A stretch of DNA of 64,000 bases from an uncultured Acidobacteriaceae bacterium (GTDB taxonomy: Bacteria > Acidobacteriota > Terriglobia > Terriglobales > Acidobacteriaceae). The stretch lies in assembly GCA_903828675.1 (NCBI GenBank), contig CAIKND010000213.1, forward strand, positions 29,114 through 93,113. Reading direction: 5' to 3'. A program made the position numbers and the translations under genes. Of this stretch, positions 17,381-28,442 are shown piece after piece; position 1 is the first letter of the stretch, and each line of letters begins with the position of its first letter. Under the pieces are notes generated by a model, which worked only from the letters and a program-made list of their open reading frames with translations, was not told the DNA's origin and searched no databases.

Positions 17381-19837
17381 ATGAACCGCCGCGCTCAAGC
17401 TCCGGTCCCTTCCGGATCCGTTCTATTTAAAGCCGCTTCCCGGATTGCGCTGGTTGGCATTCTGGTGGTCTTTGCCCTGGCCTGTGTGCGTTTATACGCC
17501 GAGTCGGCCAACTCCTTCTTCAAGCGCGGCCAGACCGCTGAAGCCCGCGAAGACTACGATGCCGCCTTTGACTATTTTCAAAAGGCCAATGCCAAAGACC
17601 CAAAAGATCTGGCCTTCCGCACCGCACTCTATCGGGTACGCGTCTCCGCCTCTGCCATGCACATGACCAAGGGGCGCAAGCTGCTGCAGGCGGGCGACGA
17701 GCAGGGTGCACTCGCCGAGTTCCTTCATGCCGCCCAAATCGATCCAGGCAACGAAGCAGCACAGCAGGAGATTGCACAGGCGCGCGCCAAGAGCGGCGAG
17801 GCCTTTCAGCGACCCGAGATCGCCATGCCCGGGCGGGCAGATCTTCAGGCGCAGATCGACTCCATGGCTGCTCCCACCGAACTCAAGCCGCTCTCCAGCG
17901 AGCCCCTTACCCTGCACATGACCGAGGACGCCAAGGTCATTTATCAGGCGGTCGGCAAAGCCGCCGGGATCAATGTGCTCTTCGATCCGGACTTCAATTC
18001 CAAGCGCGTCCAGGTGGACCTGAATAACGTGTCGCTGGTCGACGCGCTGCGCATTGTCGGCACCATGTCCAACACCTTCTGGCGCCCCGTTACCACCAAT
18101 ACGATCTTTGTGGCCCAGAACACCCGCGTCAAGCGTACTGAACTAGACGAGCAGGCAGTCCAGACCTTCTACCTGTCCAACGCCTGGCAGCAAAACGATC
18201 TCAACGACGTGCAAACCGCCCTGCGCAACGTGCTGCCCAATGCCAAGGTCTACGGCGTCGCCAGCCAGAACGCCATCGTCATGCGCGGGACGCCCGACGA
18301 GTTGTTGTTGGCCCAAAAGCTCATCAACGATCTCGACAAGGCGCGCGCAGAAGTCGTGGTAGACATCGCGGTCATGGAAGTGAGCAGAAACTGGGAGCGC
18401 ACCCTCGGTATCGCCTGGCCCAGCAGCGTGAACGTAGCCATGCAGTCCACATCCACCTCCAGTTCTTCCTCCTCCTCGTCCAGCACCACGACCAGCAGCA
18501 CCACTACCCCCTCCCTCTACGATCTGGCCCACCTCAAGGCCACCAACTTTGCCGTCACCATCGGCTCGGCCACGCTCAATCTGCTCATGACCGACTCGAA
18601 TACCAAGGTCCTGCAGAACCCGCGCATTCGCGCTACCGACGCGCAGAAGGCGACCATGAAAATCGGCTCTAGGATCCCGATCGCCACCGGTTCCTATCAG
18701 ACCGGCGCAGCCACAGCGGTTGTCAGCTCGCTTGTCAATACTCAGTTCCAGTACCAGGACGTCGGCGTAAATATCGAGATGACGCCCACCGTCCACTATG
18801 ACCGCGACGTAACCCTGAAGATCAAAATCGAAGTCACCTCGCAGAGCGGTTCCGTAACCATCAGCGGCGTAACCGAGCCCATCCTCTCGCAGCGCGTCGT
18901 CGACCAGGTCATCCGCCTCCGCGAGGGAGAAGCCAGCATCCTCGGCGGCATCCAGAACAATCAAAACCAGGTAAGCTGGACCGGAATCCCAGGAATGGGG
19001 ACAATCCCCGTTCTCAAATACATCTTTGGCTCCAAAGACCGCACGGTCCAGGACGACGAGATTGTCTTCGTGGTGGTGCCTCACGTAGTCCGTTCACAGG
19101 AACTGGGACCAGCCAACCTTCGCGCCATCGACACCGGTTCTGGCCAGTCCATCGAACTGCGTCACGTTGAGGGCCAGGGGGCGGATACCAAGCCCATGCC
19201 TGCACCTGTTCCCGCTGTTCGCCCCGCCGCGCCTCCGCAATCCACAATAGGCACAGTCCCAGGCCAGAGTGCGGAGGCCGCGGTGCCCGCAGCGATGGCG
19301 CAGATGAAAACAGCCGCTCAGGCCACCGAGAATACGCCGGCGCGGCCCCCATCTCCTGAGCCGGCGCCGGCTCCAGCTGAACCACCCGCTCCCCCTGCTG
19401 CGACACCCAATCCATCTGCTGGAACTGCGGTCACCCTCTCGTTTACTCCGCCCACCGGCCTATTGGCTGCGGGCTCCAGCTTCCAGGTTCCGCTTGTCCT
19501 CAGCGGCGGCACGGATATAGCCTCGATTCCCTTGCAACTTCAGTACGATCCGGCCAAGCTTCAACTGGTCAACGTCGCCGCCGGAGACCTGCTCAACAGG
19601 GACGGGCAGGCCGTTGCTCTTATCCACCGTGACGACGGACCCGGCACCATCACCGTCGTTGCATCACGTCCTCCGGGTACGGTCGGCATCACCGGCACCG
19701 GCGTGGTCTGCGTACTCACGTTCCAAGCCAAAGTCTCAGGAGAGACCGCGCTGGATATCACGCGCGCGGGAGCTGTAAACAGTGCTCAACTGCAGTTGCC
19801 GGCCAACAACGCGCATGTCAACATTCTGGTCAAATAG
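17381..19837 (+). CDS. Secretin (GspD/PilQ family) with N-terminal TPR-like region and C-terminal cohesin-like domain
   Basis: GINVLFDPD, IVMRGTP, AEVVVDIAVMEV, LQNPRIRATDAQKA and FQYQDVGVNIEMTPTV secretin motifs; Pro/Ala linker; cohesin-like 'FQVPLVLSGGTDIASIPLQLQYDPAKLQLVNV'. Confidence 0.9.
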   Translation: MNRRAQAPVPSGSVLFKAASRIALVGILVVFALACVRLYAESANSFFKRGQTAEAREDYDAAFDYFQKANAKDPKDLAFRTALYRVRVSASAMHMTKGRKLLQAGDEQGALAEFLHAAQIDPGNEAAQQEIAQARAKSGEAFQRPEIAMPGRADLQAQIDSMAAPTELKPLSSEPLTLHMTEDAKVIYQAVGKAAGINVLFDPDFNSKRVQVDLNNVSLVDALRIVGTMSNTFWRPVTTNTIFVAQNTRVKRTELDEQAVQTFYLSNAWQQNDLNDVQTALRNVLPNAKVYGVASQNAIVMRGTPDELLLAQKLINDLDKARAEVVVDIAVMEVSRNWERTLGIAWPSSVNVAMQSTSTSSSSSSSSSTTTSSTTTPSLYDLAHLKATNFAVTIGSATLNLLMTDSNTKVLQNPRIRATDAQKATMKIGSRIPIATGSYQTGAATAVVSSLVNTQFQYQDVGVNIEMTPTVHYDRDVTLKIKIEVTSQSGSVTISGVTEPILSQRVVDQVIRLREGEASILGGIQNNQNQVSWTGIPGMGTIPVLKYIFGSKDRTVQDDEIVFVVVPHVVRSQELGPANLRAIDTGSGQSIELRHVEGQGADTKPMPAPVPAVRPAAPPQSTIGTVPGQSAEAAVPAAMAQMKTAAQATENTPARPPSPEPAPAPAEPPAPPAATPNPSAGTAVTLSFTPPTGLLAAGSSFQVPLVLSGGTDIASIPLQLQYDPAKLQLVNVAAGDLLNRDGQAVALIHRDDGPGTITVVASRPPGTVGITGTGVVCVLTFQAKVSGETALDITRAGAVNSAQLQLPANNAHVNILVK

Positions 19838-19849
19838 GGAGTAACGCGG

Positions 19850-20338
19850 ATGATCCCCACGTCTGCAACCTTTGCTCCAATAACTCGGATACACCCGCAC
19901 GAACGCGGCCTCACGCTCATCGAGTTGATCGTGACCGTCGCCATTTTGTCGATCCTCGCCGGGGCTGCCATCCCCATTGCGCGCTTCCAGGTCAAGCGCC
20001 AGAATGAGCGCGAGTTGCGTCGCGACCTGTGGGAAATGCGCGACGCCATCGACCACTACAAGGACGCGGCCGACAAAGGCGCCTTTCAAACCAAGGTGGA
20101 CAGCCAAAACTACCCGCCTGACCTCGAGACCCTGGTCAATGGCGTCGACGTGCAGACCAAGAAGGTCAAGTTCCTCCGTCGCATTCCGGTGGATCCTATG
20201 ACAGGCCATGCCGAGTGGGGAATGCGCTCCATGCAGGACGATCCAACCTCCGACTCATACGGCGGGCAAAGCGTATTCGATGTCTATTCGAAGTCCCCGG
20301 GGACGGCCCTGGACGGCACCAAATACTCCGACTGGTAA
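19850..20338 (+). CDS. Type II secretion/type IV pilin-like protein (GspG-like)
   Basis: Prepilin cleavage motif RG/LTLIELIVTVAIL; FLRRIPVDPMTG. Confidence 0.88.
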   Translation: MIPTSATFAPITRIHPHERGLTLIELIVTVAILSILAGAAIPIARFQVKRQNERELRRDLWEMRDAIDHYKDAADKGAFQTKVDSQNYPPDLETLVNGVDVQTKKVKFLRRIPVDPMTGHAEWGMRSMQDDPTSDSYGGQSVFDVYSKSPGTALDGTKYSDW

Positions 20339-20366
20339 GCCAGCGGTTCAACCTGAAGAGGTACGT

Positions 20367-20768
20367 GTGCGCAGAATTCGCAAACAAGACGCGGGCTTTA
20401 CGCTTATCGAGTTGCTGATCGTCATGGCCATTATCGCCATTCTCGCAACCATGGCTATTCCCCGGTTCTCCGGCGCCTTGAAGGCGGCTCGCGAGGCCGT
20501 GCTCAAGGAAGACCTCCACGTAATGCGCTCGGCCATCGACTCCTACACCATGGACAAGCAAAAGGCCCCCCAATCGCTTGAGGACCTCGTCCAGGACGGC
20601 TACCTCAGGGCGGTGCCTGAAGACCCCATGACGCATAGCAAGGACACCTGGGTCACCGACACCAGCGACGCCATGCACTCGCTTGACCAGACCGACCCCG
20701 GAGTTGATGATGTCCACTCTGGTTCACAGGAGTCCGGTTCAGACGGACAACCCTACTCGACTTGGTGA
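20367..20768 (+). CDS. Second pseudopilin (GspG-like)
   Basis: AG/FTLIELLIVMAII; YLRAVPEDPMT; GTG start at 20367 after GAAGAGG. Confidence 0.88.
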   Translation: MRRIRKQDAGFTLIELLIVMAIIAILATMAIPRFSGALKAAREAVLKEDLHVMRSAIDSYTMDKQKAPQSLEDLVQDGYLRAVPEDPMTHSKDTWVTDTSDAMHSLDQTDPGVDDVHSGSQESGSDGQPYSTW

Positions 20769-20997
20769 GCTTTGCCGGCGATTCAGGGTTTTCTTGGAGA
20801 AACGCCCCAAGATTCTTTGGAAAGTGTCCAATTTTGAACTGAAATTCGGCCGGAAGTCTGACATTGTTCTTACAGCGCCAGGCTTCCCATTGAGCTGCCC
20901 GTGAACTTCCCCTCCCCCTCTCAACTAGCCCGGCTCGCAGCAGACCGGCTGGTCAGAAGTGAATTCAGTATTATTCCCTCTTTGTGGAGGTTATTTA

Positions 20998-21867
20998 ATG
21001 TATATGGATTCAAGTCTGGCCAGCTCGTTTGCTGCGAATGTTGACTGGGCCTACGCAGGACTTGTCCGCACAGCAGATCCAGTTCCAGGACCGGACCTAA
21101 GAGAGATGGGGTTGGGAGGCAGCCTTGTCTACGCCGACGAACTCGAGGGCGCAGGCTCCATTTTGGTCGTGGCGGCGAACATCGCTGGGGCTGCTTCAAT
21201 CACTGCCTCAGCAGACGCAGGCACCCAGAGACAGGCCGTTCGCGATGGCGTGATTGATTTCCTGGTCAGTAACCTGAGTGAAGCCCTGCGCATTCTAAAG
21301 AATGAAATCCGCAAACGTGAGCCGGTAGCTGTCTGCGTTGCCCAGCCTCCTGAAGAACTCGAGAGCGACATGGCCGAGCTCGGTGTGCTTCCCGATCTGC
21401 TACCGCCAGGTGCTTTGAATGCGAGCCGGTTCGAGGTCTTCCTGGATCAGGGTGCGCGGCAGATCGCCCCGGTCTCCGCCGCCAAGAACCAGACCATATT
21501 GACTTGGAGCGTGGACCGCACGCCTACCCGTCACCTTCCAAAGCTGGACGCAATCGCCCTGGACTGCCTCGGGGCAAATAAGACCCCCATAACTTGGCCT
21601 GTCAGGCGTTGGCTCCGCTATGCCCCGCGTTACATGGGACGCTTGGCACACGAAAAGCGCCTGGTGCGCTGCCAAACCCCGGTCGCGCGTGCTTTCCTCA
21701 ATACGGTGCGGGGACTGGTGGCGGATGGCCTGCTTGACGTCGCGGTGGCGATTGAGATGTGCAGCTCTGGCAAGTCCGAATCCCACCAGATCACTCCGCC
21801 TTCGAATCGGCAGCGGCCCGAGGACTCACTCTTGTTCCCCTCCGGCAGTTTCGATCCGGGTCCATAG
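20998..21867 (+). CDS. Hypothetical protein resembling the urocanase Rossmann-like domain only
   Basis: 'LGLGGSLVYAD...AANIAGAASI...VIDFLVSNLSEALRILKNEIRKREPVAVC' resembles the HutU NAD-binding segment; about 290 aa, roughly half a full urocanase; GGAGG RBS. Confidence 0.55.
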   Translation: MYMDSSLASSFAANVDWAYAGLVRTADPVPGPDLREMGLGGSLVYADELEGAGSILVVAANIAGAASITASADAGTQRQAVRDGVIDFLVSNLSEALRILKNEIRKREPVAVCVAQPPEELESDMAELGVLPDLLPPGALNASRFEVFLDQGARQIAPVSAAKNQTILTWSVDRTPTRHLPKLDAIALDCLGANKTPITWPVRRWLRYAPRYMGRLAHEKRLVRCQTPVARAFLNTVRGLVADGLLDVAVAIEMCSSGKSESHQITPPSNRQRPEDSLLFPSGSFDPGP

Positions 21868-22419
21868 CTCCCTGACCCCGTAGCCGGTCTTCGCGGAAAC
21901 CGGAAGAATCTCGTCCAGTTCCAGCCCCTTTTTCAGCGCCAGCAGATTCCGCGTCCGCTCGTTACCGCTCAACCGGTCGATCTTGGTCGCCACCACAACA
22001 AAGTCACGCTCCGCGGACCGCAGCCAATCAAACAACTTCGCGTCGTTCACTTGCGGGGGGACATTCGAGTCCACCAGGCACACGCATAGCTTCAACGTCG
22101 AGCGAATCGCCAGGTACGGATCGATGAACGCAGACCATCCCGCCGAAATCGACTTGGAAATCTTCGCGTAGCCGTAGCCCGGCAAGTCCGCAAAAATAAG
22201 TTGGCGTCTCTGGCTCTGGTTCAACAGGGCAAAGAAGTTGATTGCTCGAGTACGCCCCGGCGTTTGCGACACCTTGGCCGCCTTGTCGCCCACCAGCGCA
22301 TTCAGCAGGCTCGATTTGCCCACATTCGATCGCCCCAGAAAGGCAATCTCCGGCACATCCGGCTCAGGAAACTGCGCCGGAGCCATCGCCGAAAGCAAAA
22401 ACTGTGTCGTATAGTGCAT
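21826..22419 (-). CDS. yihA: Ribosome biogenesis GTPase YihA/EngB
   Basis: PEIAFLGRSNVGKSSLLN, SQTPGRT, DLPGYG, TKID; TAATG stop/start overlap with lon. Confidence 0.95.
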   Translation of the reverse strand: MHYTTQFLLSAMAPAQFPEPDVPEIAFLGRSNVGKSSLLNALVGDKAAKVSQTPGRTRAINFFALLNQSQRRQLIFADLPGYGYAKISKSISAGWSAFIDPYLAIRSTLKLCVCLVDSNVPPQVNDAKLFDWLRSAERDFVVVATKIDRLSGNERTRNLLALKKGLELDEILPVSAKTGYGVRELWTRIETAGGEQE

Positions 22420-24830
22420 TACTGCCGCGCCGGTTGGTTCGTGGTAATCTCCGCCGCCGGAACTGAGGTCAACACTTCCGCTTCCACGTGCTTCAGCGGC
22501 TTCAGCGGACTCTCCAGCGCGAGCGCCAACACCTCATCCATCTGATCCACAAAATGCAGCTTCATCGAGTTCTTGATGTTGTCCGGCAGTTCGGCAATAT
22601 CCTTCTCGTTGGCGCGCGGCAAAATAATCTCGAAGATACCCGCTCGCAGCGCAGCCAGCAGCTTTTCCTTTAGCCCGCCAATGGCCAGCACCTTGCCGCG
22701 CAGTGTGATTTCGCCCGTCATGGCGATATCGCGCCGCACCGGAATCTTGGCCAGTGCGCTTGCCAGGGCAGTCGCCATCGTAATTCCCGCTGACGGCCCA
22801 TCCTTCGGAATCGCGCCCTCGGGCACATGCAGATGCAAATCCACGTTGCGATAGAACTCGCGGCTTAGCCCCAGAGCCTGCGCGCGCCCGCGAATGTAAC
22901 TCAGCGCCGCTTGAGCCGACTCCTGCATCACGTCGCCCAACTGGCCTGTAATGGTGAGCTTTCCCTTGCCGTCCAGCACCTGCACTTCCGTGGTCAGAAT
23001 GCTGCCGCCCACCTCGGTCCACGCAAGGCCCGTCACCAGGCCCACTTCACTCTTCTCGTGCACCTCGGAGTCGCGGAATCGGGCCACGCCCAAAAACTCG
23101 TTGATGTTCGCCGCGGTCACTTCTTCCTTGTGCTTCGCGCCGGATTTCACCACCCGCCGCGCCACCTTGCGGCACACATTGCCGATCTCGCGCTCCAGGT
23201 TTCGAACGCCCGCTTCGCGCGTGTAGTACCGGATGATCTCAAGAATCGCGTCGTCTTTGAAGACGATATTCTTCTCGCTCAGGCCGGTCTGTTCGCGCTG
23301 CTTTTTCACCAGGTACTGGCGTGCAATCTCCAGCTTCTCCTGCTCCGTGTACCCTTGCAGGCGCAGAACTTCCATGCGGTCTTGCAGCGCGGCCGGAATC
23401 GTATGCATCACGTTGGCCGTTGCCACAAAAAGAACCTGCGACAGGTCGTAGTCCACGTCGAGATAGTGGTCCTGGAAGGCGCTATTCTGTTCCGGGTCCA
23501 GCACCTCCAGCAGCGCAGACGACGGGTCGCCGCGGAAGTCCGATGAGATTTTGTCCACCTCGTCCAGCAGGAACACCGGGTTCTTCGTCCCCGCACGCTT
23601 CATGTGCTGGATAATCTGTCCCGGCAGCGCGCCGATATACGTTCTGCGATGCCCGCGAATCTCCGCCTCGTCGCGCACGCCGCCCAGCGAGAGCCGTACA
23701 AACTTGCGCCCTGTGGCCTTTGCGATGGACATGCCCAGCGAAGTCTTGCCCACTCCCGGAGGTCCGGCGAAACACAGAATCGACCCCTTTGGATTCTTCA
23801 CCAACTGCCGCACTGCAAGAAATTCGAGAATGCGCTCCTTGATCTTTTCCAGGCCGTAATGGTCTGAGTTCAGCACCTTTTCGGCGTAATCGATCGAGCG
23901 CGTCTCTTTCGACTTCTTCTTCCACGGCACCGCCAGCAGCCAATCTATATAGTTCCGGCTCACCGTGGATTCGGCCGACATCGGCGGCATCGCTTCAAGC
24001 TTCTTGAGTTCCTGGATCGCCTTGTCGAGCACATCCTTCGGCATTCCCGCGGCTTCAATCTTCTTCCGCAGTTCGTCGAACTCGCTCTTTTCCCCACGGC
24101 CCAGTTCCTTCTGAATGGCCTTAATCTTTTCGTTCAGGTAGTACTCTTTTTGCGCCCGCTCCATCTGCCGCTTCACGCGCGACTGGATGTTGCGGTCTAG
24201 GTCAAGCTTCTCGATCTCGATGTCCAGTACATCCGCAATACGCGCCAGCCGCACCGCGGGATCGAAGATCGACAGCAGTTCCTGCTTCTCCTCGATGCCA
24301 AGTTGCAGGTTTGCGGCGATCGTGTCGCTCAGCTTCGCCGGTTCGTCCATGCGCACCGTGGCGATGATCGTCTCGTAGTTCAGCGACTGCTGCAGTTTCA
24401 CGTATTGCTCAAAAAGGCTGGTCACGCGCTGCATCAGTTGTTCTGCCGCAGGCGTCATCTCAAACTGGCTCTTGCCGGTGCGCACCGTGGCCACAAAGAA
24501 CCCGTCGCGGTCGGTCACTTCGATGGACTTGGCGCGTTCCACGCCCTCCACCAAAACCTTGATATTTCCGTCGGGCATCTTGACGCTCTGCACGATGCTG
24601 CAAATCGACCCAACCTGGAAAATGTCTTTGGCTTTGGGCTCGTCGATGGATGCGTCGTGCTGCGTGGCAAGAAATATCTTGCGGTCGCCGCTCAGAGCCT
24701 CTTCCAGCGCGCGCACGCTTGACTCGCGGCCCACCACAAAAGGCGTCATCATGTACGGAAAAATCACCATGTCCCGGATGGGCATCATGGGCAACTTGCG
24801 CGACTCGGTCTTTTCTCGGGATGCGGTCAT
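22419..24830 (-). CDS. lon: Lon protease
   Basis: Lon N-domain, [27 protein letters not shown] (catalytic Ser), [11 protein letters not shown]. Confidence 0.98.
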   Translation of the reverse strand: MTASREKTESRKLPMMPIRDMVIFPYMMTPFVVGRESSVRALEEALSGDRKIFLATQHDASIDEPKAKDIFQVGSICSIVQSVKMPDGNIKVLVEGVERAKSIEVTDRDGFFVATVRTGKSQFEMTPAAEQLMQRVTSLFEQYVKLQQSLNYETIIATVRMDEPAKLSDTIAANLQLGIEEKQELLSIFDPAVRLARIADVLDIEIEKLDLDRNIQSRVKRQMERAQKEYYLNEKIKAIQKELGRGEKSEFDELRKKIEAAGMPKDVLDKAIQELKKLEAMPPMSAESTVSRNYIDWLLAVPWKKKSKETRSIDYAEKVLNSDHYGLEKIKERILEFLAVRQLVKNPKGSILCFAGPPGVGKTSLGMSIAKATGRKFVRLSLGGVRDEAEIRGHRRTYIGALPGQIIQHMKRAGTKNPVFLLDEVDKISSDFRGDPSSALLEVLDPEQNSAFQDHYLDVDYDLSQVLFVATANVMHTIPAALQDRMEVLRLQGYTEQEKLEIARQYLVKKQREQTGLSEKNIVFKDDAILEIIRYYTREAGVRNLEREIGNVCRKVARRVVKSGAKHKEEVTAANINEFLGVARFRDSEVHEKSEVGLVTGLAWTEVGGSILTTEVQVLDGKGKLTITGQLGDVMQESAQAALSYIRGRAQALGLSREFYRNVDLHLHVPEGAIPKDGPSAGITMATALASALAKIPVRRDIAMTGEITLRGKVLAIGGLKEKLLAALRAGIFEIILPRANEKDIAELPDNIKNSMKLHFVDQMDEVLALALESPLKPLKHVEAEVLTSVPAAEITTNQPARQ

Positions 24831-24943
24831 TCGGACACCTTGATGATTAGACGCGCTGGAACGGCCCAGGATTCAGTGCCGCATTCCAGTGCGCATGTTG
24901 GGATTGTATCGCGGAACAGGGCGCGAAGAAGCGCATAGACACG

Positions 24944-24977
24944 CTGTCCCGGGTCTCAGCCATGAAACCCGGGACAG
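24944..24977. repeat. Stem-loop between clpX and lon
   Basis: 11-bp stem CTGTCCCGGGT / ACCCGGGACAG with no U-tract; more like a REP or mRNA-stability hairpin than a terminator. Confidence 0.5.
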
Positions 24978-24999
24978 GCGAAATGTGCCGTAGCGTGAA

Positions 25000-26271
25000 T
25001 CAGCCCGCTTTTTCCAGCAAACAAAGCGACAGATCACGCCGCTCAACCATATCGCTGGTAATCTCCAGATCACGGACGCGCTTGTTGTTGGGCAGGTGAT
25101 ACATCAGGTCGAGCATTAGCTCCTCAAGAATCATGCGCAAACCGCGGGCGCCCACCTTGCGCGCCAACGCCTCCTTGGCAACGGCGCAGCAGGCTTCAGG
25201 AGTAAAGTGCAGGCGTACGTTTTCAAACTCGAAAAGGCGCTGGTACTGCTTCAGAATCGCATTCTTCGGCTTGGTCAAAATATCGATCAACGCCGCTTCG
25301 TCCAGTTCGTCCAGAATGCCCATCACCGGCAACCGGCCGACAAATTCAGGAATCAGGCCGTACTTGATCAGATCCTGCGGCTCGGTGCGGCGCAGCAACT
25401 CGGTGTCGCGATGCGACCGTGTGGTCGCCGCATCTGCCTCTGCATCTGCTGCCTTGAAGCCAAGCGCCTTCTTGCCCACGCGCCGGCCAACCACGCGCTC
25501 CAGGCCTACAAACGCACCGCCGCAAATGAACAGTATGTTGGTGGTGTCGATGGCGGTGAACTCCTGGTGCGGATGCTTGCGGCCGCCCTGCGGTGGAACG
25601 TTGGCAACCGTGCCTTCCAGAATCTTCAAGAGCGCCTGCTGCACTCCCTCGCCGGAAACATCGCGGGTAATCGACGGGTTCTCGTCCTTGCGGCCGATCT
25701 TGTCGATTTCGTCGATGTAGATGATGCCTTGCTGAGCGCGGGTCACGTCGCCGTCGGCGGCCTGCAGCAGTTTGAGAATGATGTTCTCGACATCCTCGCC
25801 CACATAGCCGGCCTCGGTCAGCGTGGTCGCGTCGACGATTGCGAAGGGAACATCCAGCATCTTCGCCAGCGTCTGCGCCAGCAGGGTCTTTCCTGATCCG
25901 GTGGGGCCGATCAGCAGAATGTTGCTCTTGGCCAGTTCCACTTCGTTATTGCGCAGCCGATTCATCTGGATGCGCTTGTAGTGGTTATAGACCGCCACAG
26001 CAAGCTTCTTCTTGGTCTGGTCCTGTCCGATGACGAAGTCGTCGAGGAAGCTCTTCACTTCACTCGGCTTGGGCAGGTGCCCCGCCGCAGCTGCTGGCGC
26101 CGCTTCGCCACGATCATCTTCGAGAATCGAGTTACAAACAGCCACGCATTCGTCGCAGATATAGGCGCGAGGGTAGTCGCTGGGCGAAGAAATCAGCTTC
26201 GCAACGGCATCCTGCGACTTGTGACAGAACGAGCAGCGCAATGCTTCTTCGGGTCCCGTGCGCGTTTTCAT
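25000..26271 (-). CDS. clpX: ATP-dependent Clp protease ATP-binding subunit
   Basis: CSFC...CDEC zinc finger, [29 protein letters not shown]. Confidence 0.98.
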   Translation of the reverse strand: MKTRTGPEEALRCSFCHKSQDAVAKLISSPSDYPRAYICDECVAVCNSILEDDRGEAAPAAAAGHLPKPSEVKSFLDDFVIGQDQTKKKLAVAVYNHYKRIQMNRLRNNEVELAKSNILLIGPTGSGKTLLAQTLAKMLDVPFAIVDATTLTEAGYVGEDVENIILKLLQAADGDVTRAQQGIIYIDEIDKIGRKDENPSITRDVSGEGVQQALLKILEGTVANVPPQGGRKHPHQEFTAIDTTNILFICGGAFVGLERVVGRRVGKKALGFKAADAEADAATTRSHRDTELLRRTEPQDLIKYGLIPEFVGRLPVMGILDELDEAALIDILTKPKNAILKQYQRLFEFENVRLHFTPEACCAVAKEALARKVGARGLRMILEELMLDLMYHLPNNKRVRDLEITSDMVERRDLSLCLLEKAG

Positions 26272-26336
26272 TTCTTTACTCCCTTTGACGTGCTCGTCGA
26301 TCTCCGCCCCATGCGGGTCCGGCCGTCCGTTTACAC

Positions 26337-26927
26337 CTAGGTGCGCGGCCGGTCAATAATTTCGTCTACGATGCCATATTCCTTGGCCTGTTGCGCGTTC
26401 ATGATGAAGTCCCGTTCCACGTCGCGCTCAATCCGGTCCAGCGGCTGGCCGGTATGCTTGGCCATCAGCGTATTGGTAATCTCGCGGATGCGCAGAATCT
26501 CACGCGCATGAATGTCGATATCCGTGGCCTGTCCGCTCAATCCGCCCATCGAAGGCTGATGAATCAGAATCCTCGAGTTCGGCAGCGTAAATCGCTTGCC
26601 CTTGGTCCCTGCCAAAAGCAGAAACGCGCCCATGCTGGCCGCCTGACCAATGCAATACGTCACCACGTTGTTCTTGATGAACTGCATGGTGTCATAAATC
26701 GCCAGCCCCGCCGTAATCGAACCGCCGGGAGAATTAATGTAAAGCGATACGTCCTTTTCAGGGTCTTCACCCTGCAGAAACAGCATCTGCGCCACGATCA
26801 GATTAGCCACCTGGTCGTCGATGGGCGTGCCAAGAAAGATGATGTTGTCGCGTAGCAGACGGGAGTAGATGTCGTAGGCGCGCTCGCCTCGGCTCGTCTG
26901 CTCAACCACCATGGGAACCAATGCCAT
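26337..26927 (-). CDS. clpP: Clp protease proteolytic subunit
   Basis: [25 protein letters not shown]. Confidence 0.98.
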   Translation of the reverse strand: MALVPMVVEQTSRGERAYDIYSRLLRDNIIFLGTPIDDQVANLIVAQMLFLQGEDPEKDVSLYINSPGGSITAGLAIYDTMQFIKNNVVTYCIGQAASMGAFLLLAGTKGKRFTLPNSRILIHQPSMGGLSGQATDIDIHAREILRIREITNTLMAKHTGQPLDRIERDVERDFIMNAQQAKEYGIVDEIIDRPRT

Positions 26928-27032
26928 TGAGTTTTTTCTCGCTCTCGCGTTGGGGGTCGCTTGCTCCCCGTCTCTTGTTGTCCGCGCGGCATTTTTCCCG
27001 CCGCGCGGCGCCCCAGGTGCCAGTTGCCGAAT

Positions 27033-28442
27033 CTACGCGGGCAGCCGATCATAAAGAGCCGAGGCGGTCTTCTCGCGCCGCAACTGCTCCCGTATCCTAG
27101 CCAGTCCGCCATCCTCAGTCAATCGTGCTCGCAGCACATCCACGGGCTCACGGGACTGCAAAGCCGCAAGCTGCAGCTCGCTGTCCAGTTCCTCGTCGCT
27201 GACGCTAATGTTCTCTTCATTCGCAATGCGATCCAGCAGAATAGAAGTCCTCGCCTCTGCCAGGGCGCTATCCCGCTGCGCAGCCCGCAAACGGACAAAG
27301 TCCAGCTTCCGCATCTGCTCGGTGTCCATGCCCTGGGCAGCCAACGCCCGCAAACCGCGTTCCAGCCGCGCGTCAATCTGCTCCTGCACCAAAGACTCGG
27401 GAACCGGGAACGCATAGCGCTCCGTCAGGGCCGCGAACAGGCGATCCTTGGTTTCCCCCTCCACGCTGCGGCGCTTGCGGCTGGCCAGGTGCTCGCGCAC
27501 CCGCGCTGCCAGGTCGGCAAAGCTCTCATACGCGCCGATCTCCTTGGCGAAGTCGTCGTTCAACTCCGGCAGGGTGCGCTTCTTGATGGCTTTTACTTCC
27601 ACTTCGTAGGCCACCGTCTTGCCGGCCAGCTTGGGCTCGGCATAGTCCTCCGGATAAATGACTTCCGCCTTCAGTTCCTGACCCGGCCTGGCGCCGCGCA
27701 GTGAAGTCGAGAATGCCTCTACCGTGTCTTTTCCGCCAATCTCAACCAGCGAATCTTCTCCGGCCACCGGAGCTGAATCGGTATCGCCTTCAATCTCGCC
27801 CTTGTAGGTAATCTGTGCCCAGTCGCCATCCACCAGAGCCCGGTCTTCTTCTACAGGCTCAATGGTGGCGCGCGCCTCGCGCAGCTGGTCGATCTCCTGC
27901 TGATACTCCTCTTCCGTAATCTCCACGGAAGGCTTGTCGACGGTGACCGTCTGATAGCCCTCGATCGAGAAATCGGGAACGTATTCGAAGACCGCCTTCA
28001 CATGCAGAGGCGCGCCGTCTTCTACCGTCAGTTCCGTCACTTGCGGCTGCCCAACCGGCTTTACGCCCAACTCGGCGACAGCCTTGTTGAACCGCTCCGG
28101 CAGCAGGCCGTCGATTACGTCCTTCTTGATCTCGGCCCCAAAACGCCGACGAATCACCGTCTCCGGCACTTTGCCGGCGCGGAAGCCAGGAATCTTGGCA
28201 TATTTGCGATAATTGGCAGCCACGGTGCGATACGCCTTGGCAACCTCTTCGGCAGGAATGTCCAGCACCAGTTCGCGGGTGCATTCCGGGTTTAGAACCG
28301 GCCCATGCTGGTGGTTATGGCCTTCGTGATCGTGGCCTTCATGGTTGTGATCGTGGCCTTCGTGCTCATGGTCATGATCAACGCCCGCCGCTTCAGCCGC
28401 GCCAGGTTGGAGGTTGTCCTCGAGGGTGTCCGTAGAACTCAA
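27033..28442 (-). CDS. tig: Trigger factor with His-rich N-terminal extension
   Basis: IPGFRAGKVP ribosome-binding motif and FKBP-like central domain, upstream of clpP-clpX-lon; likely TTG start at 28442 after GGAAGG. Confidence 0.93.
   Translation of the reverse strand: MSSTDTLEDNLQPGAAEAAGVDHDHEHEGHDHNHEGHDHEGHNHQHGPVLNPECTRELVLDIPAEEVAKAYRTVAANYRKYAKIPGFRAGKVPETVIRRRFGAEIKKDVIDGLLPERFNKAVAELGVKPVGQPQVTELTVEDGAPLHVKAVFEYVPDFSIEGYQTVTVDKPSVEITEEEYQQEIDQLREARATIEPVEEDRALVDGDWAQITYKGEIEGDTDSAPVAGEDSLVEIGGKDTVEAFSTSLRGARPGQELKAEVIYPEDYAEPKLAGKTVAYEVEVKAIKKRTLPELNDDFAKEIGAYESFADLAARVREHLASRKRRSVEGETKDRLFAALTERYAFPVPESLVQEQIDARLERGLRALAAQGMDTEQMRKLDFVRLRAAQRDSALAEARTSILLDRIANEENISVSDEELDSELQLAALQSREPVDVLRARLTEDGGLARIREQLRREKTASALYDRLPA

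Noticed and set aside
18143-19084. 313-aa minus-strand ORF
   Set aside because: Antisense shadow of the secretin gene.
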